From: an uncultured Actinomycetota bacterium
GTDB lineage: Bacteria > Actinomycetota > Actinomycetes > Actinomycetales > Dermatophilaceae
Direction of reading: 5' to 3'
Length of the DNA: 64,000 nt
Assembly: GCA_963771015.1 (NCBI GenBank)
Contig: CAVYRN010000013.1
Span: forward strand, 25,211-89,210
Below the pieces are notes generated by a model. That model worked only from the letters and a program-made list of their open reading frames with translations. It did no database searches and was not told where the DNA came from. Both the position numbers and the translations under genes were made by a program. Position 1 is the first letter of the stretch. Each line of letters begins with the position of its first letter. This document shows, one piece after another, positions 11,088 to 20,499 of this stretch.

Positions 11088-11951
11088 ATGCCGGTCCAGC
11101 ATGCAACCCTCGCCCCGGGCGTCGTCTCACCCCGCCGCCAGGTACCCGCCAGCATCCCCCGACCGGAGTACGTCGACCGGCCCTCGCCCGAGCGCTACGC
11201 CGGCCCGGAGGTCAAGGACGCCGAGACGATCGCGAAGATGCGGGTCGCGGGCCGCGTCGCCGCCCAGGCGATGGAGGCCGCGGCGGCGGTCATCGCTCCC
11301 GGCGTGACGACCGACGAGATCGACCGGGTGGGCCACGAGTTCATGCTCGACCACGGCGCGTACCCCTCGACGCTGGGGTACCGCGGCTTCCCGAAGTCCC
11401 TGTGCACGTCGGTCAACGAGGTCGTCTGCCACGGCATCCCCGACTCTCGCCCGCTCGAGGACGGCGACATCGTCAACATCGACATCACGGCATACCTCGA
11501 CGGGGTCCACGGGGACACCGACGCGACCTACCTCGTCGGCGAGGTCGACGAGGAGGCGAGGCTGCTCGTCGAGCGGACCCGCGAGGCGATGCTGCGCGGG
11601 ATCAAGGCGGCGATCCCGGGGCGGGAGATCAACATCATCGGCCGGGTCATCGAGAGCTACGCGCGGCGGTTCGGCTACGGGGTGGTCCGCGACTTCACCG
11701 GCCACGGGATCGGGACCGCCTTCCACTCCGGTCTCATCATCCCGCACTACGACGCGGCCCCCGACTACAACACGGTCATCGAGCCCGGGATGACCTTCAC
11801 CATCGAGCCCATGCTCAACCTCGGTACGCAGGAGTGGGAGATGTGGGCGGACGGCTGGACGGTCGTCACGAAGGACAGGCGTCGCTCGGCCCAGTTCGAG
11901 CACACGATCCTCATCACCGAGACCGGCAACGAGGTCCTCACCCTGCCGTGA
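11088..11951 (+). CDS. map: Type I methionine aminopeptidase (N-terminally extended class)
   Basis: 287-aa ORF with metal-ligand contexts [19 protein letters not shown] and FTIEPM. Confidence 0.92.
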   Translation: MPVQHATLAPGVVSPRRQVPASIPRPEYVDRPSPERYAGPEVKDAETIAKMRVAGRVAAQAMEAAAAVIAPGVTTDEIDRVGHEFMLDHGAYPSTLGYRGFPKSLCTSVNEVVCHGIPDSRPLEDGDIVNIDITAYLDGVHGDTDATYLVGEVDEEARLLVERTREAMLRGIKAAIPGREINIIGRVIESYARRFGYGVVRDFTGHGIGTAFHSGLIIPHYDAAPDYNTVIEPGMTFTIEPMLNLGTQEWEMWADGWTVVTKDRRRSAQFEHTILITETGNEVLTLP

Positions 11952-11983
11952 CGGGCGGGTCAGGACGGAACGGAGCACACGAC

Positions 11984-12766
11984 GTGGCACGACAGCGGTT
12001 GGCGCTCGGCGTCGACGTCGGCGGGAGCGGCATCAAGGGCGCGCCCGTCGATCTCGACCGGGGGGAGCTGACACAGGACCGCCACCGGATCGACACGCCC
12101 GCCCCCTCGACGCCCGAGGCGGTGAGTGACGTCATCCATCGCGTCGTCGACCACTTCGACGGGATCGACGCCGGCACCCCCATCGGGGTGACGATCCCCG
12201 GCGTCGTCACCCGGGGCGTCGTCCGCACCGCCGCGAACATCGACAAGTCGTGGATCGACACCGACATCGCGGCCCTGCTCGAGGACCGGCTGCAGCGGGA
12301 CGTCGTCGTCGTCAACGACGCCGACGCGGCAGGCGTCGGCGAGCTGGAGTTCGGCGCGGCCAGGGGGCAGGACGGCCTCGTCGTCGTGACAACGCTCGGC
12401 ACCGGGATCGGGACCGCGCTCCTCTACGACGGCCGCCTCGTGCCGAACTCCGAGCTCGGCCACCTCGAGCTCGACGGGTTCGACGCGGAGACGCGAGCGG
12501 CGAGCTCCATCAAGACCAAGGAGAACCTGTCCTACCCCGAGTGGGCGAAGCGGCTGCAGCGCTACTACAGCCACCTCGAAGGCCTGCTGTGGCCGGACCT
12601 GTTCGTCGTCGGCGGCGGGGTGTCCCGCAAGTCGGAGAAGTTCCTCCCGCTGCTCGACCTGCGTACCCCGATCGTCGCGGCGCAGCTGCGCAACGCCGCC
12701 GGGATCATCGGTGCGGGCGTCCTCGCGGCACAGGCCCAGGAGCGCCACGGCCGGCACACCAGCTGA
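11984..12766 (+). CDS. ppgK: Polyphosphate glucokinase (ROK family)
   Basis: The in-frame GTG at 11984 gives ARQRLALGVDVGGSGIKGAPVDL...VVVNDADAAG...ELGHLE, a ROK/PpgK pattern. The earlier part of ORF 11402..12766 overlaps map out of frame. Confidence 0.85.
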   Translation: MARQRLALGVDVGGSGIKGAPVDLDRGELTQDRHRIDTPAPSTPEAVSDVIHRVVDHFDGIDAGTPIGVTIPGVVTRGVVRTAANIDKSWIDTDIAALLEDRLQRDVVVVNDADAAGVGELEFGAARGQDGLVVVTTLGTGIGTALLYDGRLVPNSELGHLELDGFDAETRAASSIKTKENLSYPEWAKRLQRYYSHLEGLLWPDLFVVGGGVSRKSEKFLPLLDLRTPIVAAQLRNAAGIIGAGVLAAQAQERHGRHTS

Positions 12767-12787
12767 CGCGGGCGTGTGTCGATGGCC

Positions 12788-13036
12788 TCAGTCGCGCAGG
12801 TAGGCGGGGCTCCCCCAGAGCCGGTCCGCGATCCGCCAGGTGCCGTCCGGCCAGTACTGAAGGCCGAGGGTCTGCCAGAGCGTGGGTCGATACTCGCCGT
12901 CGTCGAGCAGGTGACCGGCCATCGACCGCTCGGTCCCGGCTCCGAGCCGGTAGAGACCGTCGGGCCACGGGCGCAGCAGCCACTGCTCACGCCAGGTGGG
13001 GGCGAAGTCGGCGGTGATCTCATCGGCGGTGCTCAC
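12788..13036 (-). CDS. Hypothetical small Trp-rich protein (82 aa)
   Basis: GTG at 13036 is preceded by AGGAGG with 6-nt spacing. Third-position GC is strong. No family recognised. Confidence 0.45.
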   Translation of the reverse strand: MSTADEITADFAPTWREQWLLRPWPDGLYRLGAGTERSMAGHLLDDGEYRPTLWQTLGLQYWPDGTWRIADRLWGSPAYLRD

Positions 13037-13168
13037 GAAGAGCCTCCTGGCGCTCAGGAACCGGAACACCGTTCACGCTAGCCCCGGCTCGGGGCCACGC
13101 CGCGGCGGATCGCCGAGGAGTCGCCGGTTCGGTCGGGCGGCCGTCGGCCGTTCACCCGAGGGTGGCTC

Positions 13169-13819
13169 TCACCGGGAGAACTCGACGGCCCCTGCCCCGG
13201 CGAGGTCGCGGATCTCGGTGTCGGTCCCACCGAAGGTCGCCGCGTGCCCGAGGTAGAGGTCGCGGCCACGTTGGGCGAGGAGGCGGTCGTGGATGGGCAC
13301 GGCATACGGCGGGTTGTGGCGCCGCAGGAAGGCGGTCATCTCCTTGCTGGCCTGCCACGGGGCGTTGAGCGGGAAGGCGAGGACATCGACGTCGCCGAAC
13401 TCCGCGTCGAGCGCGTCACCCGGGTGGTAGAGGCTCGGCTCGCCGTCGGCGTCGAGGCGCACGCCGAGGTTGCCGATCCGGGGCAGGTCCTCGTGGATGA
13501 CGGCGTGCCGGTCGCCGTACGGGGTCACGGTCACCCCGCCGATCCGGCTCGGGCCGTCGTGGACGCTCGCCTCGACCGCGATCCCGGCGAGCACCGGCAG
13601 CGAGTCGGGGTCGCAGATGACCGGAGCGCCGGGGTTGGCGGCGACGAGGGCGGGCATCCGGGAGGTGTCGAGGTGATCGGGGTGCTGATGGGTGATGACG
13701 ATGGCGTCGAGGCCGCTCAGGGCCGTGAAGTCATCGGCGAAGGTGCCCGGGTCGAGGAGGATCCGTGCGTCGGCGATCTCGACGAGGAGGCAGGCGTGGC
13801 CGAGGTGGGTGATCCGCAT
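13169..13819 (-). CDS. MBL-fold metallo-hydrolase
   Basis: ATG at 13819 gives MRITHLGHACLLVE...VITHQHPDHLD, the HxHxDH metallo-beta-lactamase motif. Length is 216 aa. Confidence 0.85.
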   Translation of the reverse strand: MRITHLGHACLLVEIADARILLDPGTFADDFTALSGLDAIVITHQHPDHLDTSRMPALVAANPGAPVICDPDSLPVLAGIAVEASVHDGPSRIGGVTVTPYGDRHAVIHEDLPRIGNLGVRLDADGEPSLYHPGDALDAEFGDVDVLAFPLNAPWQASKEMTAFLRRHNPPYAVPIHDRLLAQRGRDLYLGHAATFGGTDTEIRDLAGAGAVEFSR

Positions 13820-13866
13820 GACCCCACCGTATGCCGAGCGCCCGGCCGCTCGCGCGGCCCCCGATG

Positions 13867-13923
13867 CCCCGGTTCGAGGTATTCCGGTCCCGTCTGGGGG
13901 TACCCGAATACCTCGAACCGGGG
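13867..13923 (-). terminator. Perfect 18-bp hairpin about 20 nt downstream of the RNase P RNA 3' end
   Basis: ccccggttcgaggtattc (13867-13884) pairs perfectly with gaatacctcgaaccgggg (13906-13923) around a 21-nt loop. There is no U-tract. Confidence 0.5.
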
Positions 13924-13941
13924 CGCAGCGACCCCGGAGGG

Positions 13942-14338
13942 GGACGAGCCGGCCTGTAAGCCGGGTTCTGTTCCACGGCCTCGTTACCGAGGCCGTGGCG
14001 ACGGTCATCCATCTGGGACGGCCGTCTCCGACCGCCTCTAGCGCCCTACCCGCGTGCTCGGGCGGGCCGCCCTCGAACGCACGCTGTCTGGACTTGCTCC
14101 GGGTGGGGTTTGCCGAGCCGACCCCGTCACCGGGGCCGCTGGTGGTCTCTTACACCACCGTTTCACCCTTGCCTCGACGCCCGGCTGCACCGGACGCTGA
14201 GGCGGTCTGTTCTCTGTGGCACTGTCCCGCGGGTTGCCCCGGGTGGCTGTTGGCCACCACCTTGCCCTGTGGAGCCCGGACTTTCCTCGACAGCCACGGC
14301 CTGAGCCGCGAGCCGCCGCGACCGTCCGGCCGACTCAT
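13942..14338 (-). ncRNA. rnpB: RNase P RNA (bacterial type A); ends are +/-5 nt
   Basis: The minus strand contains GAGGAAAGTCCGGGCTCC (plus-strand 14271-14288) and ACAGAACCCGGCTTACAGGCCGGCTC near the 3' end. P1 can form between GAGTCGGCC (5') and GGCCGGCTC (3'). Length is about 400 nt. Confidence 0.9.
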
Positions 14339-14349
14339 CCGCACCCAGT

Positions 14350-15804
14350 CTAGGCGAGTACCAGCCCGAGCCGTCCGGTCGCGACATCGGCCGACTCCAC
14401 CCGGACCGACACCGTCTCGCCGAGCCGGGCGCCGCCCGTGGCGAGGGCAAGGATGGGCAGGTCGCTCAGCTGGACGACCGCGCCCCTCTCCTGGGCGTCG
14501 ACGACCACCGCGGCATAGGTCCTGCCCACATGAGCGCCGAGCAGGGCCGCCTCGACCGCGTCGTTGCTCGCCCGTTCGATCGCCCTGGCCCGGTGGTCGG
14601 ACTCGGTCATCAGCCGAGGCAGGTGAGGCAGGGCCACCCGAGCCCACTCGGGCACCTCCGAGCCGGCGGCGACGGCCGCGCAGACGGCGAGGCCGAAGCG
14701 GTCGACGAGCCGGCGCAGCGGTGCCGTCACATGCGCATAGGCGTCGGCGACAGCGGCGTGCTCGACCTGCTCGGGAACCGCTCCGTCGAAGGGCGTGTAC
14801 CCCGCGCCACGGAAGAGGGCGGTCGCCGCGTGGATGAGCGCGAGGTGCCGCGGGTCGCGCCGGTCGAGGCCGCGGATGAAGTCACCGTAGGCCTGCTCCG
14901 CGGGCCAGCTCGCCCCCAGCGCCCGGGCCTGCCGACGGAACCGGCGCACGGCCTCCGGCTGCGGAGCGGGCATGGTCCGCAGGATCCCGACCTGGGCATG
15001 CAGCATGAGGTCGGCCCCCGCCATCCCGGCGAGCAGCGAGATCTGCGCGTTCCACTCCTCGGCCGGGCGGGGCGGCCGGAAATGCAGCGTGAAGCGGCCG
15101 TCGGGGTCCTCGTAGACCTCCTGTTCGGGCATCGGCAGGCTGGCGCCACCGCGAAGCTGCTCCTGGCGCACCCGCCGGGCACCGACCTCGCGGAGCAGGA
15201 CGAGCCGCTCGTCGTCGGTTCCGGCGTCGAGCGCGTCCTGGACGGTGTCGTAGTCGAGCCGGTCGACGCTGCGGACGAGCGCCCGGTAGAGGTCGGTCCC
15301 GGTCAGCTCGCCGTCGGCGGCGAGCCGCAGGTCCCACACGTAGGCCGGGCGCACCTGTCCCGGCAGCAGGCTCGACGCACCCTCGCTGAGCCGCAGGGGG
15401 TGCAGGGGAACGCGCTCGTCGGGGCAGTAGATCGTCTGGCCGCGTCGGCGGACCTCCGCGTCGAGTGCCTGGCCCGGCGAGACGACACAGGTCAGGTCGG
15501 TGATGGCGTACCGGACCCGGAAGCCGTCTCCGTCCCGGTCCAGGCACATCGCCTGGTCCAGGTCGAGCGAGCGGGCCGGGTCGATCGTGACGAACGGGAC
15601 GGCCGTCTCATCCCGGTCGGGCAGGCCGTGCGGCTGCGCGCCCGCGGCCACGGCCTCGGCCAACGCGTCGGCGGGGTACTCCGCGCTGACGTCGAGCTCG
15701 GCACGGATCGCGGCGAAGCGCTCGAGGAGCACCCCGTGGACCCCGTTGGAGGTGGTGGCCTGCGAGGCTCCGAGCCGGATGTGACGATGCGGCATACCGG
15801 TCAA
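14350..15804 (-). CDS. RNB domain-containing ribonuclease (RNase II/R family)
   Basis: 484-aa ORF with FVTIDPARSLDLDQAM, an RNB-type catalytic Asp cluster, and AYAHVTAPLRRLVDR, an RNB motif IV-like segment. Confidence 0.8.
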   Translation of the reverse strand: MTGMPHRHIRLGASQATTSNGVHGVLLERFAAIRAELDVSAEYPADALAEAVAAGAQPHGLPDRDETAVPFVTIDPARSLDLDQAMCLDRDGDGFRVRYAITDLTCVVSPGQALDAEVRRRGQTIYCPDERVPLHPLRLSEGASSLLPGQVRPAYVWDLRLAADGELTGTDLYRALVRSVDRLDYDTVQDALDAGTDDERLVLLREVGARRVRQEQLRGGASLPMPEQEVYEDPDGRFTLHFRPPRPAEEWNAQISLLAGMAGADLMLHAQVGILRTMPAPQPEAVRRFRRQARALGASWPAEQAYGDFIRGLDRRDPRHLALIHAATALFRGAGYTPFDGAVPEQVEHAAVADAYAHVTAPLRRLVDRFGLAVCAAVAAGSEVPEWARVALPHLPRLMTESDHRARAIERASNDAVEAALLGAHVGRTYAAVVVDAQERGAVVQLSDLPILALATGGARLGETVSVRVESADVATGRLGLVLA

Positions 15805-15863
15805 CCTACAAGCGTGGGGGGCGGCTCGGGCCGAGTCGGCGGGCCACCTAGGGTGGCCCCGTG

Positions 15864-16613
15864 ATGATCCTCCTGCCGCCCTCGGAGTCCAAGACGGGGC
15901 GACGGAGAGGACACCCGGTCGATCCGGCCGCCCTCAGCTACCCCGAGCTCGCCGGTACCCGCCGGCGGGTAGCCGAGGCGCTGCGCGCGGTGAGCCTGTC
16001 CCCCAAGGCCCCCGAGCTGCTCGGCGTCAGCCCGAACCTCCTCGACGACATTGCGCGGAACCTCGCGCTGGACACCGCGCCCGGGACGCCGACGGCCGAG
16101 GTCTACACCGGGGTCCTCTACGACGCTCTCGACCTCGCCACCCTCGACCCGGCCTCCCGGCGCCGGGCAACCCGGTGGGTCGTCGTCGTGTCGGCGCTCT
16201 ACGGGGCGGTGCGGCTGACCGACCGGATCGCGCCGTACCGCCTCTCGATGGGTGTCTCGCTCCCCGGGGTCGGACCGCTTGCCCCGGTATGGCGCCCGGA
16301 GCTGTCCCCGGTGCTGTCCGCCTCCGTCGGCGGCGGGGTCGTCGTCGACTGCCGGTCCTCGCCGTATGCCGCGGCCTGGCCGGCGGGCGGAGACCTGGCG
16401 CGGCGCTGGGTCGCCGTCCGGGTTCCGGGGGCCAGCCACTTCGCCAAGCACACCCGGGGCCTGGTCGCCCGGCACCTGTGCCTCGAGGGTGTGGCCCCCC
16501 GCAGCGTGCCGGAACTGGCCGAGGTCGTCGCTGGCAGGTTCGACGTCACCCTCCACGAGCCCGGCCGACCCGGCGCCGCGTGGGTCCTCGACGTCGCTGC
16601 CCCGACCCGCTGA
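15864..16613 (+). CDS. yaaA: YaaA/UPF0246 (DUF328) peroxide-stress protein
   Basis: MILLPPSESK...YTGVLYDAL...APYRLSM...AKHTRG is the characteristic YaaA pattern. I prefer ATG 15864 over the adjacent GTG 15861. Confidence 0.8.
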   Translation: MILLPPSESKTGRRRGHPVDPAALSYPELAGTRRRVAEALRAVSLSPKAPELLGVSPNLLDDIARNLALDTAPGTPTAEVYTGVLYDALDLATLDPASRRRATRWVVVVSALYGAVRLTDRIAPYRLSMGVSLPGVGPLAPVWRPELSPVLSASVGGGVVVDCRSSPYAAAWPAGGDLARRWVAVRVPGASHFAKHTRGLVARHLCLEGVAPRSVPELAEVVAGRFDVTLHEPGRPGAAWVLDVAAPTR

Positions 16614-16638
16614 GTGGGCCCGGGCAGCGACGACGAGG

Positions 16639-17331
16639 CTACCCGCCGGTGCGGACGAGCCGGGACGTCTCGATGAGCTCGCGGACGGGCCGGCGCCTGA
16701 GCCGATGGACGGCCCACCCGACACCGAGGACGAGCAGGAGCGCCGCACCACCGAACCCGAGTGTGAAGCCGAGCCTGATCCGGGTCATCGGGTCGTGGGA
16801 GCCGAGGGCGATCGCGACGGGCAGACCGTGCGGGCCGGTGGCGGACACCTCGTACTCGCCGGCCACCGGAACGTCGACCTCGGCCAGCGAGGCGTCGGTC
16901 CGGCCGAACAGCGAGAAGCCCTCGTCGGAGGCGGCCGGTCGGACGGTCACCGGCACCCCGTGCCGGGACAGCGTGACGGCGACCTGGCCGGGCGTCAGCC
17001 GGTAGCCGCCCTCGGCATACACGACGTAGCGCTCCTGCCCGAGGGCGACGGTGGTCGCCATCCCCGCGGGGACGCGTGCGAACCCCTCGACGGTCACCCA
17101 GCCCCAGGCGGCACCACCGAGGGCGATCAGGATGCCGGCGAGGAGGCCGACGTTGACCATCATCAGGACCGGTCGCAGTCCCAGCCCGTCGAGGAGCCGG
17201 CCGGCGTGGACGGACCGGGAGGCCCGAGGGTCGACCGTCGCCGCCGACGGCCGGGCAGGCCCGCCCCTCGGCTGCCACGCGGCCGCGCTGACGAGGAGGC
17301 GGCTCAGCTCCTCGTGGGTTCCTTCGGTCAC
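16639..17331 (-). CDS. Hypothetical membrane protein (two TM segments flanking an extracytoplasmic domain)
   Basis: The TM segments are VLMMVNVGLLAGILIALGGAAWGWV and LGFTLGFGGAALLLVLGVGWAV. The start is uncertain (GTG 17331 or the internal Met). Confidence 0.5.
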   Translation of the reverse strand: MTEGTHEELSRLLVSAAAWQPRGGPARPSAATVDPRASRSVHAGRLLDGLGLRPVLMMVNVGLLAGILIALGGAAWGWVTVEGFARVPAGMATTVALGQERYVVYAEGGYRLTPGQVAVTLSRHGVPVTVRPAASDEGFSLFGRTDASLAEVDVPVAGEYEVSATGPHGLPVAIALGSHDPMTRIRLGFTLGFGGAALLLVLGVGWAVHRLRRRPVRELIETSRLVRTGG

Positions 17332-17425
17332 CGCGACAGTCTGGGCGCCACCCCGGCTCCCGGGCGGGAGAAACGCGCGCAAACGGTCCGTTCGGCTGAT
17401 GCCCGGTGCCGCCGTTTCGGCCGGC

Positions 17426-18637
17426 TCAGCCGTGCCTGGCCCTCAGCGCCGCGTCGAGGTCCGCCACGAGGTCGGCCGGGTCCTCGAGACCGACCGAGAC
17501 GCGCACCGTGCCGTCGGTGATCCCGACCGCGGCCCGGGCCTGCGGGGTGAGCCGCCGATGGGTCGTCGTCGCAGGATGGGTGGCGAGGGACTTGGCATCG
17601 CCGAGGTTGTTCGAGATGTCGATGATCTCGAGGGCGTCGAGAAGCGCGAACGCCTCGGCCTTCCCGCCGTCGATGTCGAACGTGACGACGGTGCCCCCGC
17701 CGAGCATCTGACGCCGGGCCAGCTCGTGCTGCGGGTGGGACGCCAGCCACGGGTAGACGACCCGGCGGATCCCCGGCGCCCCCTCGAGGTGATGAGCGAC
17801 CGCGAGGGCGCTCGAGGCCATCCGGGCCACGCGCAGCGACAGCGTCTCCAGGCCCTTGGTCATGACCCAGGCGTTGAACGGCGACATCGCCGGTCCGGTA
17901 TGCCTCATGAGGTTCTTGACCGGCCCGTCGACGAACTCCCGCGGCCCCAGCACGGCTCCACCGAGCGCGCGCCCCTGGCCGTCGATGTGCTTCGTCGCGG
18001 AGTAGACGACGATGTCGGCGCCGTGCTCCAGCGGCCGCGAGAACACCGGTGTGCCGAAGACGTTGTCGACGACGACCTGGGCGCCGGCCCGGTGGGCGAG
18101 CTCGGAGACGGCCGCGATGTCGACGAGCTCCTGCATCGGGTTGCTCGGCGTCTCGAAGAACACCGCGGTCGTGGGCCGGTCGAGAGCGGCCTCCCACTGC
18201 GCGACGTCGGGGCCGTCGACGAAGACGGTCTCGACACCCCATCGCGGGAGGATCTCGTCGAGGATGACGAAGCAGGACCCGAAGAGCGCCCGTGAGGCGA
18301 CGACCCGAGAGCCCTGACCGCACAGCGCCGCCAGGGCGACGAAGACGGCCGACATCCCCGAGGCGGTCGCGAAGCACGCCTGCGCGCCCTCGAGCAGACG
18401 CAACCGCTCCTGAAAGACCGCGACGGTGGGGTTGCCGTAGCGGCTGTAGACGAACCGGTCGACGTCCTCGGCGAACGCAGCCTCGGCCTCGGCTGCGGAG
18501 CCGTAGACGAACCCGGAGGTGAGGAAGAGCGCCTCGGCCGTCTCGTCGAACCCGCTGCGGGCGAGCCCGCCCCGGACCGCGAGGGTGTCGGGACGCCACC
18601 CGGGCCGGTCCGGACCCGGCGTCAGCCCTGGCGCCAC
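17426..18637 (-). CDS. metZ: O-succinylhomoserine sulfhydrylase
   Basis: This is the C-terminal 403 aa of ORF 17426..18940: RPDTLAVRGG...ALFLTSGFVY...YSRYGNPT...YSATKHIDGQG (PLP lysine). The GTG at 18637 lies inside the last codons of the rhodanese gene. Confidence 0.85.
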   Translation of the reverse strand: MAPGLTPGPDRPGWRPDTLAVRGGLARSGFDETAEALFLTSGFVYGSAAEAEAAFAEDVDRFVYSRYGNPTVAVFQERLRLLEGAQACFATASGMSAVFVALAALCGQGSRVVASRALFGSCFVILDEILPRWGVETVFVDGPDVAQWEAALDRPTTAVFFETPSNPMQELVDIAAVSELAHRAGAQVVVDNVFGTPVFSRPLEHGADIVVYSATKHIDGQGRALGGAVLGPREFVDGPVKNLMRHTGPAMSPFNAWVMTKGLETLSLRVARMASSALAVAHHLEGAPGIRRVVYPWLASHPQHELARRQMLGGGTVVTFDIDGGKAEAFALLDALEIIDISNNLGDAKSLATHPATTTHRRLTPQARAAVGITDGTVRVSVGLEDPADLVADLDAALRARHG

Positions 18638-19035
18638 GGCAGTCCGTCGTTCTTCCACCCGGTGACGACCCGTCGGCCGGTACGGTCCTGGGAGCCCTCG
18701 AAGCCGTCGATGACGTTGTATGCCGGCCCCAGGCCGGCCGCGGTGGCCGCGCCCGCTGCCGCCCGCGAGCGGACACCGGACCGGCAGATGAAGTACAGGG
18801 AGATCCCGTCGTGCAACCCCTGACGCCGCAGCTCGTCGACGAACTCGTGGTTGACCTCGCCGGAGGGGTAGCGCTGCCACTCGACGAAGATGACCTGGCG
18901 TTCGACCGTCGACAGGTCCGGAACCCCGACATAGGCCCACTCGGCCCGGGTCCGCACGTCGATGAGGACCGCGTCCTCCTCGACGGACACGGCGGCATAC
19001 GCCTCCTGCGGGGTCACGTCGCCGGCGTAGCTCAT
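18622..19035 (-). CDS. Rhodanese-like sulfurtransferase domain protein
   Basis: 137-aa ORF. The active-site loop CRSGVRS sits in a typical single-domain rhodanese context (VLIDVRT..EW). Confidence 0.8.
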   Translation of the reverse strand: MSYAGDVTPQEAYAAVSVEEDAVLIDVRTRAEWAYVGVPDLSTVERQVIFVEWQRYPSGEVNHEFVDELRRQGLHDGISLYFICRSGVRSRAAAGAATAAGLGPAYNVIDGFEGSQDRTGRRVVTGWKNDGLPWRQG

Positions 19036-19226
19036 GCCGGCGCCGCCCGCACCTCGAAGCCGCGGGCGAGGACGACGGCCTGGGCGACGATGACCCGCGC
19101 GCCGTCGAAGGTGATCGCCGGGTCCCCGTGCAGACGGTAGCCGTCGGCGAGGGCCTGGCTCACCCGCCGGCAGAACTCGGTGTCGTCGGGCCCGGTGAGC
19201 AGGCGGTACGGGAGTCGCTCGTCCAT
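19032..19226 (-). CDS. DUF1737-like small protein (64 aa)
   Basis: ATG at 19226 gives MDERLPYRLLTGPDDTEFCRRVSQALADGYRLHGDPAITFDG..., as I recall the DUF1737 pattern. Its stop overlaps the rhodanese ATG (ATGA). Confidence 0.6.
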   Translation of the reverse strand: MDERLPYRLLTGPDDTEFCRRVSQALADGYRLHGDPAITFDGARVIVAQAVVLARGFEVRAAPA

Positions 19227-19282
19227 GCCCTCCAGCCTATGCGCGGAACGCTGTGGCCCGGCGCTCCCGTCCGCGCGGGAGG

Positions 19283-20446
19283 TCACACCCGGTTGGCGAA
19301 GGCCACCGACACCTGGCCGTTCCGCCACGCCTCGACCGCGGACAGCGAACCGGGGGCCGCGGCCAGGCGCCACATCTTGTCGTGCGGCATCCCGAGCAGG
19401 TGGGCCAGGACGACCATGATCGGCTTGCGGTGACAGACGACGATGGTCGTCCCGCCATCGGCGAGAAGCCGGTCGAAGGCCGGGATGACCCGCCGCGTCA
19501 GGTCCTCGTGAGACTCCCCGCCCGGTCGGGCGTAGGCCGGGTCGTCGCGGAACCGCCGGAACTCGTCGCGGAAGTCCGTCAGGAGGTCGTGGATGGAGGC
19601 GCCGTCCCAGTCGCCGAAGCTCTGCTCGTCCCAGTCCGCATCGACGGAGGGCTCGATCCCGAGCGCCGCGGCGACGACGGCACCGGTCTCCCGGGCCCGG
19701 GCCAGCGACGAGGTGATGACCCGGGCCCGGGAGTCCTCCACGAACGACGCCACGGCGGCACCCGCGGCCCGTGCCTGGGCCCGGCCGACGGCGTTGAGGG
19801 AGGGGTCCGGGCCGCCGCGCCCGTCGAGACGGCCGGTCGTCGTGAAGTCCGTGACGCCGTGTCGGACGAGGACGACGCGACTGGGGACGCCGTCACCCGC
19901 GACGGCAGCGACATCGCCGCTGGCCGGCCGCCGGGCGGCGGGCGGATCCTCGCCGCCCGAAGCCGGCTGTTCGGGGACGGGGATCTCGTCGAGGGCGGGC
20001 TCTCCACCGAGGACCCGGTCGACAATGCGCCCGTCCATGGCAACGTTCGAGAGGGCGTCGGCGGCCTTGTTCTGCTCGCGGGGCACCCAGCGGAAGCTCA
20101 CCGAGCCGCCCGCCCTGGTGATCTCGGCGGCGACGTCACGCGCCTGGAGTGCGAGCCGGCGCATGTCCTCGTGCTTGATCTTCCAGCGCCCGGACATCTG
20201 CTCGACGACGAGCTTGGAGTCCATCGCCGCGACGACGTCGGCCCCGGGGTCGACCGCTTGAGCCGCGCGCAGCCCGGCGATGAGCCCGCTGTACTCGGCG
20301 ACGTTGTTCGAGGCGATGCCGAGCGGCTCTGCGCACTCGGCGAGCAGGGCCCCGGTCTCGGTGTCCCGGACCAGGGCTCCGTAGCCGGCCACCCCGGGGT
20401 TGCCGCGGGACCCGCCGTCCGCCTCGACCGTCAGCCGTCGTCCCAT
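19283..20446 (-). CDS. Bifunctional RNase H / acid (histidine) phosphatase, Rv2228c-like
   Basis: ATG at 20446. The N-terminal RNase H domain reads EADGGSRGNPG...NNVAEY...NKAAD. The C-terminal histidine phosphatase domain reads VLVRHGVT...HRKPI. Only the last 387 aa of the 661-aa track ORF are real. Confidence 0.85.
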   Translation of the reverse strand: MGRRLTVEADGGSRGNPGVAGYGALVRDTETGALLAECAEPLGIASNNVAEYSGLIAGLRAAQAVDPGADVVAAMDSKLVVEQMSGRWKIKHEDMRRLALQARDVAAEITRAGGSVSFRWVPREQNKAADALSNVAMDGRIVDRVLGGEPALDEIPVPEQPASGGEDPPAARRPASGDVAAVAGDGVPSRVVLVRHGVTDFTTTGRLDGRGGPDPSLNAVGRAQARAAGAAVASFVEDSRARVITSSLARARETGAVVAAALGIEPSVDADWDEQSFGDWDGASIHDLLTDFRDEFRRFRDDPAYARPGGESHEDLTRRVIPAFDRLLADGGTTIVVCHRKPIMVVLAHLLGMPHDKMWRLAAAPGSLSAVEAWRNGQVSVAFANRV

Positions 20447-20499
20447 CGTCGTTCGCCGCGCCTTCCTGTGGAGTTGGAATGCCGCCCGTCGGCGGAGGG

